The notes under the pieces were generated by a model. The model worked only from the letters and a program-made list of their open reading frames with translations. It did not search any database and was not told the DNA's origin. DNA of 63,825 nucleotides from Paraspadella gotoi (taxonomy: Eukaryota > Animalia > Chaetognatha): positions 5,317,537 through 5,381,361 of the forward strand of contig CM119271.1 in NCBI GenBank assembly GCA_051294375.1, written 5' to 3'. The translations under genes were made by a program, and so were the position numbers. Below are positions 12,864-25,921 of the stretch, piece by piece (positions within the stretch are counted from its first letter, which is position 1; the number at the start of each line of letters is the position of its first letter).

Positions 12864-15625
12864 ATGAGCAGAAATGGCGGATGTGAAATACTCCTGGAGG
12901 GAAACCGTGATCGCACCGTTCGGCCTCACATTGGGGCCTCGAGAGGATTTTAGCCAAGTCACAGTGATCCGCTTTTTTGTTCGACGTCACGTGATCAAAA
13001 CGTGAGGAAGCGTGAAAATCCTTTTGCAGCGCAGAGAAGATTGAGAGGCGCGAAATCGTTTAAACATTTTAATATTAAAAAAAGATCAAGCAGACAAGAT
13101 GGTATATAAGACTAACGCGAAATGTTTTAATTGGCAATATTAGAAAAGGGAACAATGAGCTTTTATAGTTTTTTTTATCTAATTATTTTTTTTATTGTTG
13201 ATAAATCGATCTCCTCCATGAAATGAGTTAGACAAAATGGTGCGAATTTAAAAAAAAATATTTCATAACGTTATTAGGTAATTTTCTCTCTCAATTTTAT
13301 TAACCATCAATGTTTGTCAGCCAATAGTTTTTTTTTATAACATTCGTTGGACGAAATTCGTTTCGCTACATTAGTTTCTCGATCCAGCACGTCTTTGAAT
13401 TTAAATTTCCGTACCTGAATCTCGGCGAAAGAATTGATCTCTCTCTATTCGCGATGGTAAAGTTAACAACTAGCACGACCGACGATCGAGAGTCTCAGTG
13501 ATTGCTTCGGGCCACCGGTTCAAGAAATGCAGAAATATGAGCAGCGGCCAGGATGAAAAATGAAGGACTCACGGAAAACTATTAGCCATTTTGAAACTAA
13601 TCTCTAATCTCTACTCTCTGATCTCAAATGTCTAATCTCAATCTCGAAACTTACTTAACATCACATTAAGCACACGACATATGAAAATGCATTCTAATTC
13701 ACCAACTTCGGGGACTTGCACCGATTCTGCGAGAGAACGAATGTGAAAGTGGAAGCAGGAGGAGGATGAGGAAGAGGAAGGAGGGGGAGGGACAATGAAA
13801 GGAATGGAGGAGGAGAAAGAGAGGACAAGGAAGACGACAACACAGAGAACTGTGAAAAAGACTCGATTCGCAAAATTAACTCCGGGATTAAGCCAGGATT
13901 TCTTAAACTTTGTTACTTTAAACATAACTCTGCAGAACAAGAGATTCTCCAACTTTGCGCCTTCTTGAAAAAAAAGGTCGACATTGAAAAAATTCTTTCA
14001 AATTCAGAAAAAAAAAAAGAAAAAAAATCGAGAAACGAAGGAAAGGGAAATCAACTTTGGCGCGCAGACCAGCGGCACGCCCAGCATTTGCTTAGTTTGC
14101 AGACCCCGGCGTGCATAACTGCACCCGAAAGTCTCTTAGTAGCGCCTAAACGGCGGTAAGAGGCTCGAGCGTCGATCGGCTGTACCCCTACTTTGTTTAA
14201 GCTGCAAACCCCGGACGTCCTAGAAGCAACCCCAGTGGACTAAAGTAACCCATCTGTCGCTAAGCCGGCCCAACCGGCGTGCGTTTAGCGAGCAGCCCAT
14301 AGCGCCGCCCCGGCGTCGCGGTCATTTTCCTCGCTCGTAAAAAACCTTTCGATGTCGTCGTTTCGTTCTTTCGTCGTCGTCGTCGTCGTCGTCGTCGTCT
14401 GCTCTCTCGCCAAAGGTCCTTGCTTGTCGGTCGTGGTCGTCGTCGTCGTCGTCGTCATCAGTTGCCGGTTCAAGGGCGAGTTCGTTACGAGACTCGCCCT
14501 TCGTCTCGCTACATAATTCAGTCGCGACGTCGAAAGACCAACGACGAGACGACGACGACGACCAATTCGCCTTTTGGAGAGAGAAGAGATTAGACGAACG
14601 AACCTCGAAAACTTTCTGCCGCCGAATTCGGTCACGTGACGTGGTCCAAGACGACGACGACGAAAACAGCCGACAAGTGACTGCAACGGTTGCGAAGACG
14701 ACAAAGACGAATTGGCGACGACAAGAACGTCGACGAAGAGTTTGGTCAGAAAATTGAAACGATGATGATGATGACGATGACGATGACGATGATGATTATG
14801 ATGATGATGGATGATGATGATGATGATGATATGATGATGATACAAGCGATAATAGCGCCATAAAAAATGACAACGTTAACGATCCTATTGGCGTAACTCA
14901 TAGAAGCAGGAAATATGTACGTACATGTGACAGTGTCGTGTTGACATGTTTAATAGTCTTAATAAAGACGACGATGTCGGCGACAATAGTAATGAGTTTA
15001 TAGGTATTTTGGCATTTTGTGATCAAGTCAGAAAGGACCTCGACAGGGACGACCACGGGGGACGACGAACGACCGACGACGACGACGAAAATCAAGTTGA
15101 TCTGGCTTCGGTCGCCGAAGCGAATAGACCAAATGAAGATGGAAAACAGGTTAGCTCTCGCTCAGTTGGACTGATTAGGATGGGGATGACAGCGCGGGGG
15201 GGCGGGTAGAAGGGGAGGAAAGGAGGGAGGAAGGAAAGGAAATGGGGGAGAGAGGAAAGGAAAGAAGAGAGGAAGGAAAACTAGAAGGAGGGCGGTATGC
15301 AGAGTAGAATAAAAGTGGAAGTAATTTTGAAAAAATTAAAAAAGAAAAAAAAAAGATTGGGGAGATTCGAAGAAGAAAAGAGGGAACGTGAGAGAAAGTA
15401 GAGAGAAAAGAAAAGATAAAAAAAAAAAAGAAAAAAAAAGGGAAAAAAGAAGAAAGGAAAAAGGAAGAGAATTCCTCGGTTTAGAAAGTAAAATGAGAAA
15501 GAGAAGGAGGAATGACAGAGGGGGGAGGCCATTCGCTCGTTTCACGTGGTCGTTTCGATCGGCCCACTTCTCCTTTCCTTTTTTCCCTTCGATTTTTTAT
15601 TCCTTCGATCTTTTGGGTTTCGATC
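5222..15625 (+). repeat. Copy 1 of ~10.5 kb tandem duplication
   Basis: Colinear with 15651-26410 from tttccggatacgagcagcgagcc to tttgggtttcgatc. Differences are mostly scattered 1-3 nt indels. Confidence 0.95.
12310..12547 (-). mobile_element. tRNA-derived SINE-like element (duplicate copy)
   Basis: Same sequence as 23185-23420 with indels, lying within duplication copy 1. Confidence 0.55.
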
Positions 15626-16737
15626 NNNNNNNNNNNNNNNNNNNNNNNNNTTTTTTTTCGGATAACGAGCAGCGAGCCTCGCGTCGTATTGAGTGAGAGT
15701 GAGAGGGAGAGAGCTAGAGAGAGATAGCGAGAGAGAGAGAGTCGTATCGTTGCAATGCAGAGGACCCTGGGTATTTTGTTGCGAAGTTCGAAAACTGGAA
15801 AAAATAGAGACAAAAAATAGAGTTAACGCGGGTTAATTTGACGAATCACACGGTTATCAAATTTTCATCGCCTGTNNNNNNNNNNNNNNNNNNNNNNNNN
15901 NNNNNNNNNNNNNNNNNNNNNNNNNNNNNNNNNNNNNNNNNNNNNNNNNNNNNNNNNNNNNNNNNNNNNNNNNNNNNNNNNNNNNNNNNNNNNNNNNNNN
16001 NNNNNNNNNNNNNNNNNNNNNNNNNNNNNNNNNNNNNNNNNNNNNNNNNNNNNNAAAAAAAAAAAAAAAATATCGAAAATTAAAACGGTTGGGCGAAGTG
16101 ACGATGGGGATAATGAAATTTGGGGCCGCAAAAGTTAGACGGCGACGTAATGGCGCCGCAAATGGCAATTAAAAACGAGGTCAGGGCGCTGGAAAAATGC
16201 GAGACGGCGAGGTCACGGCTCTGCACCTTATAAAATAACGTGGGTCGAAGCAGCGAAAATTGCGTAATCGCGAAGCCGAAAAAAGTAGCAGATGACGTGG
16301 ACTTAAGTCCCGAAATCAATAACCCGGTAGACGGCGTGGCGGTGGCACCGTAAACAGGCAGAAAGCATGGCAGCGGTTCCCGAAACAGGTAGAAGGCATG
16401 GCCGCGAGATCGCGAACGGGTAGTCCCCATGGAAATGGCATGGCGGCGGAGCCTCAAATTGTATTTTCCGGTCCTATTGCGTTTAGAACCCGACAGAGAA
16501 AAAAAAATGGCGGCCATGAAAGGAAAAAAATTTCGGCGGCGAAAAAATTATCGATTTCTTTTTTTTTTTTGGTTTTGTTTTTACTTTGAAATAGAAAAAA
16601 AAATATTCAAAAAAAGGGGAGGAAAGGAAAAAGAGAGAGAAGAAAAAAGGGGAGGAAAAGGAAAAAGAGAGAGAAGAAAAAGGGGAGGAAAGTAAAAAGA
16701 GAGAGAATAGAANNNNNNNNNNNNNNNNNNNNNNNNN

Positions 16738-19110
16738 AGGAGAGTAGTATGAGTGTCGAGGACACGTCTTCGTCTGCGACAAGACACTCTCACGACAGTG
16801 AAGCAATAGCAAGATATTAGATTTTTCCCGGGCGTCTCCATTGCAAGGCGCGATCTCGATATAACCAGAACACAGAATATCATATTTCGCGGATCGATAG
16901 CACCACTCAATTATCATACAAACGTTATGGACTTTTTCTATTCGGTGGAGCGAGCAGGAGCGGCGAGGCACATTTTATTCGAGACTCTCGACGCTTTACT
17001 CTTAAAGTCTTGCTTAAGTCAGTCAACCGCAAACGGAGACAAGAATCTCTAGCAACAATGAAAGCGGAGAGGATCTTCTTTGAGTACATTAATATGTAAA
17101 TACCAACCAAAAACAGATCTCACAAGAAGATGACCGTCCTCTATGTTCATTGTTCTTCCCGGGGAAACAACAACGACATTAAAAACAAACGACATATCGC
17201 AAAGGAACGCTATTCTAGAATGTCACGGAAGTTAATGAATTAATAAGCGTATTGACAAAACACGAGGATTATACCTTAACTACAAAATCATAAAACGAAT
17301 GAGATTTCTCTTATTATCTTGTCTCTCTCATATGTTATATATATACAAAGAAAGTAAATAATAGATGAGCATGCATACGTATCAAAGCACATCCAGAGCA
17401 CAACGCAGACAATGCAATGACACGGCGAGCAAGTTTGAGCAAAATCAACTTTCACCAGACACGAAATCATCGATTCGCCTCTCCAACTAGACGACAGGAC
17501 AATTACGGGCGAAGCACGTTGCAAACGCTGAGAGAGACGAGAGAGTTACATTCAAAGGCGAGTACACATTGTCTTTAGGAACAAGAAATCAACTACCTCA
17601 AGCAGGCGGTAAACGATGAGCGCTGACTAGCTAACACCTTTTGTCCGCAAACTCTGATCCCGGTTAAGACAACGTACGCGCAACTGACGACAAACTTTTT
17701 GAGAAGTCGGCAACAAGTCATACCTTTTCATCCTTGTAAACAATGATGCCATGATTTAAGTGCCTTATTGTTTAGCAGTCGCCACGCAGCAAATCCTGGC
17801 CGAGAGTGCAGGAGGAATTGTAAGCAAAGGAATACTTCAAGAGGAAAACAGAACAACGACAAAAGAACAAAAACAAAATACAGAAGATAACTTGAAATTA
17901 AAAAAAAGTATATCATATAAAGGGAAAGCACGCTATGAAACTTCACACAAGTACTGAGGGTTGTGCCTAAACTATATGAATATTATGCTTCGTATAGTCA
18001 AACAAAGTACAACTCACTACGCTAATCCTATCATCTCACAATTCTCTCTGACATCTGGTTGAACTCTCCGCTCTTCTGCGGCATCTCTGCAGTCTCTCGC
18101 ATCTCGCATCTCTTCCTCATCATCGAAATCCAGGTCTCTTCCTATCTTCGGCGTCTGGTCATTTCAGCTCTCTCTTAATCATCTTACCTCTAATATGCCT
18201 CTCTATCTCTCTCGTCGTCTCATCTGCTCTCTTCTCGTCTCTCTCTCGTCTCTCTCCATCGTCTCCTCTCTCTCTTCGTCTCGTCTCTGGCTCTCTTCCT
18301 TTTGTTGCCTCAGACAACATTGCTCCATCAGTTATTTACACCATCGCGGTAGTTTTTAACTACTCGGTCGATTTCATGTCTGCACCTATAGTATTAACTA
18401 ATTCACTGTGTTTTTACTTCTCCTTCTTTTATACAACTTTCCGGGAATGCAGACAGGCAGCGCGAGCACGTTTTTTGCTTACGCTCTCATCTTTGTCATT
18501 TCGACACTTTCCATACGCTCTCTCTTCGTGTTGTTGTTGTTTTTCGGCCGTCATCCACGGTCTTGGCGTTTTGTTCGCATCGTTCGCTGCATTCCCCTTT
18601 TTATTTACTCAGGTCTCTTTTCTCACGTTCCTTGTTCCTCTACATCATTCTGTTCTCCTTCTGGCTTACTCTGGTCGGCTGCCTTTTTCCCTTTTTTTCA
18701 CTCGACCGGTCGCAGACCTTTGTTTCCTTCTGCTACTCTTTTTCCACATTTCCATCCCTTTTTCGTTCATCGTCCCTCTTTTGTCTCTTTCCTACACCTG
18801 CTTGTGTTTCATGCTCCTCTGCTTTTTCCTTTCCCGGTCGCACCATATTTTCGTATTGCGTCAATCCTCCTTTTTTCCCATTTGTCCGTCACCTTTTTTT
18901 CGCTATCTGGCTGCCTCTTTGTTGTCGTTGCCTGCATCCGGTCCCTTTTTTTCATTGTTCTCTCAAGTGCCTTTTTTCCATTTGTCCGATCGGCCGCGCT
19001 TTGTTCTATTCTGGCGCGTCTGTTGTGTTTCCCTTTCCTGCCGCTCATTTTTTCTTCTCTCTTGCGTTGTTTCCTTTCCCATCCGTCATTTCATCTATCT
19101 GTCTGCTCGT
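16738..19110 (-). repeat. Very noisy inverted copy (fold-back) of the adjacent sequence
   Basis: About 17150-17195 is the reverse complement of ~19828-19870. About 16861-16900 matches the RC of ~19990-20026, ~17823-17880 matches the RC of ~19450-19510, and ~18313-18430 matches the RC of ~19140-19227. Confidence 0.85.
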
Positions 19111-19233
19111 TCTAAAAGAGAGAGAAGAAAAAACGGAGGAAAGTAAAAGGAGAAGAAAAAGAAAGTAAACTGTGAGACATGAAACGAGAGTAAAACTACG
19201 CAGGTGTAAATAATGAGCATGTTGCGAGAAAAA

Positions 19234-19265
<32 letters not shown>

Positions 19266-21163
19266 NNNNNNNNNNNNNNNNNNNNNNNNNNNNNNNNNNN
19301 NNNNNNNNNNNNNNNNNNNNNNNNNNNNNNNNNNNNNNNNNNNNNNNNNNNNNNNNNNNNNNNNNNNNNNNNNNNNNNNNNNNNNNNNNNNNNNNNNNNN
19401 NNNNNNNNNNNNNNNNNNNNNNNNNNNNNNNNNNNNNNNNNNNNNNNNNGTTTGTTCTTTTTTTTTTGTTCTTTTTCGTTTGTTTGTTTTCCTCTGAAGT
19501 TTCCTTTGCGCTTCGCATCGAAGTGGAGATTTGTGTGCGACGGCGGGAATGTAAAGGATGAAAGGGGCTGTCGTCGTCGTTGTCGTCGTCGTCGTTGTTG
19601 TCGCCGTTGATTTCGTCCTTGTCGTTGTTATCTTCGTCGTCGTTGTTGACGTCGTAATTGTCGTCGTCGTTAAGACCGAATCGCGGGAAAGTTGATTCGG
19701 TTCTGATGTCTCGTTGTCCTTTTGTTTTGCGTCTCTCATTTTTTTTTTGGTTTCTTTGGAAAAAAAAAAACAAAGGTCGTTGAGGAATCGTTTGCACGTT
19801 TATTCGGTTTCGCCTTCTTTAGTCCTTGATGTCGTTTGTTTTTAATGTCGTTGTTGTTTCCCCGGGAAGAAAAAACAGAGGGATCCTTGTTTTTTTTTGT
19901 TGGTTTCTTTTTATCAAGAATCGTTTTTTTTTGTTGCTGTTGTTGCTATAGAAACTAGAAACTATCCAATAATCGATGAAAAGATAAAAGTTGTTATCGA
20001 TGAAATGATATCTGTGTTTGGTTATGACGCGATGACGCGAAAAACCTTTTTCACCTGAATTTTGGGTCGAGTCGTTCAATCAACGTAGATGCGTAAAATC
20101 AAATAATTCATAGTTTTACGTAAACTAACTGAAAACAGCAAATGCAGTCATCTTCTTCATCGTCGAAAACGAGGTCGTCATCGTTGTTATTGTCGTCGTC
20201 GTCGTCGTCGTCGTCGCGACCGACATTATCTCTATTTACGGAGATATAGGGAGAATTTTTGGGAGAAAAAGTGAATCCAAAAGAGATTAATTTAAAATTA
20301 ATTTTAAAAACTTAGGTTAAGAATATTAGAGCGTAGTGGAAGTTACGTACGGAAATTCTAAAAGTCAATTAAGAACAACATACCATCAGTGAACATTAAT
20401 TTGCAAAAAAAATTATGTTTTTTAGTTTTCGCAGTAGGCTATATTTATATATAGTACTATCCTTATAAAATCGAAAAATTTCAAAATAGGCTTTTCTTAA
20501 TTTTGATTACAGATTTGAATTCCTCGTCAAAAGTTGATAAAAAAAATATAACTCATTTTAAAAAAATCTTTCATTAATTGGGTTAGAAATTAAAAAAAAA
20601 CTATATTTGATATAAAAAAGTTAATTTTCAGCTTAAAATATAGCTTTTTCTAATTTTTGACCCACTTAATGAAGGAATGTTTTAAAAAGAGTTATATTTC
20701 TTTTTATCAACTTTTTATGACAAATCCAAATCTGCAAAAAAATCTCAGAAAAAACTTTTATAAAATTTTACAATTTATTGGATTAGTACTACTATGTATG
20801 AATATGGCCTACTGCGTAAATTGTGAAATTTATTCTAAATTTTTTTTATACATAAATGTTCATTAGTATAATGTTGTTCGTTCCTTACTTTTAGAAATTT
20901 AATCAAAGTTAAATTTAGAAATTAATATACATGGAAGAAGAGAGATAAATAATAAACATAAAGCAAAATTTATTAAATTATACCCATACAACATTGACTT
21001 TCGGATCGATAAGAGAAACAAAATGGAGAGAGTGAAGAGATGAAGAGAGTGAATGATGCGAATGATATGGAAATGAGGCTCACGATCATCCTCTCTTGAG
21101 ACCAGGGACCGGTAACGGTAATGAAGCTAATTGAAAGCCTCTACTCTATGACGGAGACGACGA

Positions 21164-21196
<33 letters not shown>

Positions 21197-21752
21197 CGAC
21201 GGCGAAGACGTCAACACGAACAAACAAGAGGCAATCGTGCGGAAGCAGCGTGAACGTCGATACTCTCTCTCTCTCTCGTCTCGTCATCGTCCTCATCTCT
21301 CATCTTCATTATCTCGTTCGTCTCTCTCCTCCGTCCCTATTGTACCTGGACTAAACGCTTACTTGTCTTCTTCTTTACTTGTTTGTCTTATTCCTTTCTT
21401 TCTTCTTCCTCGGGTTCTTTCTTTCTTTCTTTCTTTCTTTCTATCTTTCTTTATTTTTTTTCATGCTGTCATTTATTAATTTTCTTGTTTTCCGACTTTA
21501 CCTAATAACTTTAACTAATTAACTTCCCAAAATACCAAGAATCAGAAAAAAGTGTACTCAGGTGCACATTCAGAATCAGCATAAAATAAAAACAAAAATC
21601 TATTTTCATTTTTGATTGAATCCAAGTTTCTTCTACAAATGTACTTTTTTTTTGATCAGGCATAAGAAGATAAAGATAAAAATAGCCAGAGAGAACAAAA
21701 GCAAGAAAAATAGAAAGCAAAAAAGAATAAAAGTAAGAAAGCAAGAAAGGGA

Positions 21753-21838
<86 letters not shown>

Positions 21839-21987
21839 AGGAAAGAGAGAGCGTATAAAATCAAAAACTAATTTAATTGAAAAGACGAAAACAATTTTTC
21901 TGGATCTAAAATTATCATGGCTGTTGTCGAAATCGATCGATAATCAGAATCTTAAATTCAAGTTCATATCAAGTACATTAATTATTT

Positions 21988-22075
<88 letters not shown>

Positions 22076-23184
22076 GGACGTCATAAACGACGATGGTGAT
22101 AACGACGATAAACCCGACGACGACGAAAACGACGGACGGACGACGACGACGAATCAATCAAATTCGAACTGAATCTCATTCGTCGATTTCCGATCGATTC
22201 GACGTCACGTGTCGCCATCTGGTGTCGAGATTTGACTTCGACAAGCGGCGAGAATTTGGGGGGGGGGTGGAAGAATGACAACGATAATGACAACGAACAC
22301 AAATAACGACAACGATGAGAAACGACAACAAATGACGACGACAAGAGATGACGAGAATAAACGCTGAGGACGACAACGACGACGACGACGACGAAGTAAC
22401 GACGATTATTGACAAGATATTGACGTCGGTGAAATCTTCGGTATCTTCGCTATCGTCGTCATCGTCGTCATCGTCGTCGTCATCGTCGTGTCGATAATGA
22501 TGACATTCGTCGTTTGACATTTTCTTTGCTCTTCGTCGAAACGAGAGAAATTTCGTTGGCAGCGGAAAATTGTCGAAGGCTGAATTTGTCGAAGGCGAAA
22601 AGCGATCCACGAGTTTGGTTGTCTAGTATATAATTTGTAAGATAACCACATTGTTGAAAAGGGAAACTTTACTAAAATTCCTCCAATTGGCAATATACGA
22701 ATATTTTTTTCTTCTTCTTTTTTTTTCTTTTCCCTTTTTGCTGGTTGACAATACGCATTTTCAGTTTTAAATAACTGGAATCATAGAACGAAGTTTCATT
22801 TTATGTTTTTGAAGAGATATATCGAGAGGGAGAGGAGCTCAGTGAAAAAGAATAAATGGATTTTTTGAAGGTCAATAATTGGGAAGAAAAAAAAAGAAGA
22901 GGTAAAATTGATATGGAGGAAAGTGGAGGGGGGCGGGACGGTAGAGGTGAAAGGAAAAGAAAAGGATAATGGAAAAGAAGGAGTAGAAAGAAAGAATTAA
23001 GGAAAAGTTTAAATCTGAGGAGAAAGAATTTCAAAGACGAGGAAAGGAAATGGTAGGTGGATTAAAGAAGGGACGGAGGGCTCGGGAATAAGAAAGGAAA
23101 AAAGAGATTAAAGGGGTAAGATAGCTGAGAGAGAGAGAGAGAGAGAGAGAGAAGAAAAAACGGGGGTAAATTCTAATTTTTCTG

Positions 23185-23420
23185 TATATTTGTGGATAAG
23201 GCGCTACGTGGGCTGAAGATGACTGTCCGTAACTTCTATAACCCCCTCTAGCAGCCATGGAACGGGTCCCTGGGCTTGGAACCAGGCTTGAGGGTTTGCC
23301 ATGCCCCCAAGGCGGCTTACGGCCGTCCTCACGCTACTCACAGGGTAGGTACCGGGTTGGGATTGAACCCGGTACCTAGTGGTCATGAGCTGATGGCTTT
23401 ACTCAATGAGCCACCGGGTC
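23185..23420 (-). mobile_element. tRNA-derived SINE-like element (cleaner copy)
   Basis: The minus strand begins gacccggTGGCTCATTGAGtaaagccatcagCTCATGAccactaggtaccgGGTTCAATCCC, giving an A-box, a CAT anticodon-like loop and a B-box at tRNA spacing. A GC-rich ~160 nt body follows within AT-rich surroundings. The 3' boundary is approximate. Confidence 0.6.
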
Positions 23421-23636
23421 ACAACTGAAAGTGTCATGATTCTAGGCGGGGTGAACCTAGGCAATGCCCGACTACATATTAAATATATCTATAATGTAAG
23501 AAAGCTATAAAATGGCAACGATCCGACGTTGCTTTACTCTTTTGAATTCACTTGTCGCATAAATAGCGAGTGCTTTCAAATAAAACACACAAAAAAGAAT
23601 CTTAACAACTGAAATTTGAAAATAAAAAGGCGGTAG

Positions 23637-23725
<89 letters not shown>

Positions 23726-24489
23726 CAGAAAGGCGGATGTGAAATACTCTGGAGGGAAAACCGTGATTCGCACCGTTCGGCCTCACTTGGGCCTCGAGAG
23801 GATTTTAGCCAAGTCACGTGATCCGCTTTTTTCGACGTCACGTGATCAAACGTGAGGAAGCGTGAAATCCTTTTGCAGCGCAGAAGATTGAAGGCGCGAA
23901 AATCGTTTAAACATTTTAGATAATAAAAGATCAAGCAGACAAATGGTATATAAGACTACCGAAATTTTAATTGGCAATATTAAAAAGGGAACAATCGAGC
24001 TTTTATATTTTTTATTATTAATTATTTTTTGTTGTTGATAAATCATCTCCTCCATGAATATGACAAAATGTCAGATTTAAAAAAAATATTTCATACGTTA
24101 TACGGTAATTTTTCTCTCAATTTTATTAACCATCAATGTTGTCACCAACCTATTATTTTTTATAAATTCGTTGACAAAATTCGTTTCGCATAAAGTTTCT
24201 CGATCCACGTTTTTGACATTTAAATCTTCCGACTCGAATCTCGGCGAAAGAACTTGATCTCTCTCTATTCGCGATTGGTAAAAGTAAAGACCGACCGACC
24301 GATCGAGAGGTCTCCAGTGATTGCTCTCGGGCCACCAGGTCAAAATGGCAGAAATATGAGCCACGGCCAGGATGAAAATGAGACTAACGGAAAACCTCAA
24401 TTAGCCATTTTGAAACTAATCTCTAATCTCTACTCTCTGATCTCAAATGTCTAATCTCTAATCTCGAAACTTACTTAACTCACATTAAG

Positions 24490-25205
24490 CACCGACATAT
24501 GAAAATGATTCTAATTCACCAACTTGGGCCACTTGCACGATTCTGCGAGAGAACGAATGTGAAAGTGGAAGAGGAGGAGGATGAGGAAGAGGAGGAGGAG
24601 GAAAATGAGGAGGAGGAGGAGAAAGAAGAGGACAAGGAAGACGACAACACAGAGAACTGTGAAAAAGACTCGATTCGAAAATTAACCGGGATTAACCGGG
24701 ATTTCTTAGACTTTACTTTAAACTTACTGCAGACCAAGAGATTCTCCAACTTTCGCTTCTTTGAAAAAAAAAGGTCGAACATTGAAAAAATTCTTTCAAA
24801 TTCAGAAAAAAAAAAAGAAAAAAAATCGAAACGAAGGAAAGGGAAATCAAACTTGGCGGCGCAGACCAGCGGCACCCCAGCTTTGCTTAGTTGCACCCCG
24901 GCGTCGCATAACTGCACCCGAAATCTCTTAGTAGCACCTAAACGGCGGTAGAGGCTCCCGAGCGTCGATCGGCTGTACCCCTACTTTGTTTAGCTGCACC
25001 CCGACGTCGCTTAGAAGCACCCCCAGTGGCACTAGAAGTAACCCATCGTCGCTAAGCGGCACCCCGGCGTCGTTTAGCGACACCCATAGCGCCGCCCCGG
25101 CGTCGCGGTCATTTTCCTCGCTCGTAAAAAACCTTTCGATGTCGTCGTTATCGTTCTTCGTCGTCGTCGTCGTCGTCGTCGTCGTCTTCGCCAAGGTCCT
25201 TGCTT

Positions 25206-25236
<31 letters not shown>

Positions 25237-25317
25237 TCAGTTGCCGTTCAAGGGCGAGTTCGTTACGAGACTCGCCTTCGTCTCGCTACATAATTCAGTC
25301 GCGACGTCGAAAGACCA

Positions 25318-25367
<50 letters not shown>

Positions 25368-25584
25368 CAATTCGCCTTTTGGAGAGAGAAGAGATTAAGA
25401 CGAACGAACCTCGAAAACCTTTCTCCGCCGAATTCGGTCACGTGACGTGGTCCAAGACGACGACGACGAAAACGCCGACAGTGACTGCAACGGTTGCTAA
25501 GACGACAACGACGATTGGCGACGACAAGAACGTCGACGAAGAGTTGGTCAGAAAATTAGAAACGATGATGATGATGACGATGAC

Positions 25585-25620
<36 letters not shown>

Positions 25621-25825
25621 ACAAGCGATAATAGCGCCTAAAAAAATGACAACGTTAACGATCCTATTGGCGTAACTCATAGAAGCAGGAAATATGTACG
25701 TACAATGTTGACAGTGTCGTGTTGACATGTTTAATAGTCTTAATAAAGACGACGATGTCGGCGACAATAGTATTGAGTTTATAGTATTTGGCATTTGTGA
25801 TCAAGTCAGAAAGGACCTCGACAAG

Positions 25826-25860
<35 letters not shown>

Positions 25861-25921
25861 AAATCAAGTTGATCTGGGCTTCGGTCGCCGAAGCGAAAGA
25901 CCAAATGAAGATGGAAACAAG
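24490..25921 (+). CDS. Possible large exon encoding an acidic/basic low-complexity protein (frames broken by indels)
   Basis: Successive + ORFs 24499-24951, 24986-25675 and 25727-25981 give E/D/K-rich and S/T/P heptad sequence. There are CTAAT/CTGAT motifs and a taAG upstream and a possible GTTAGC donor near 25922. No recognisable domain. The duplicate lies at ~13670-15149. Confidence 0.3.
24865..25105. repeat. Degenerate 21-bp minisatellite
   Basis: Units resemble agcggcaccccggcgtcgttt and agctgcaccccgacgtcgctt, translating as SGTPALL, SCTPASH, GCTPTLF, SCTPTSL, SGTPASF. Confidence 0.7.

Noticed and set aside
18376-19168. Hydrophobic multi-TM-looking ORFs
   Set aside because: They lie in the noisy inverted copy of a purine-rich tract.
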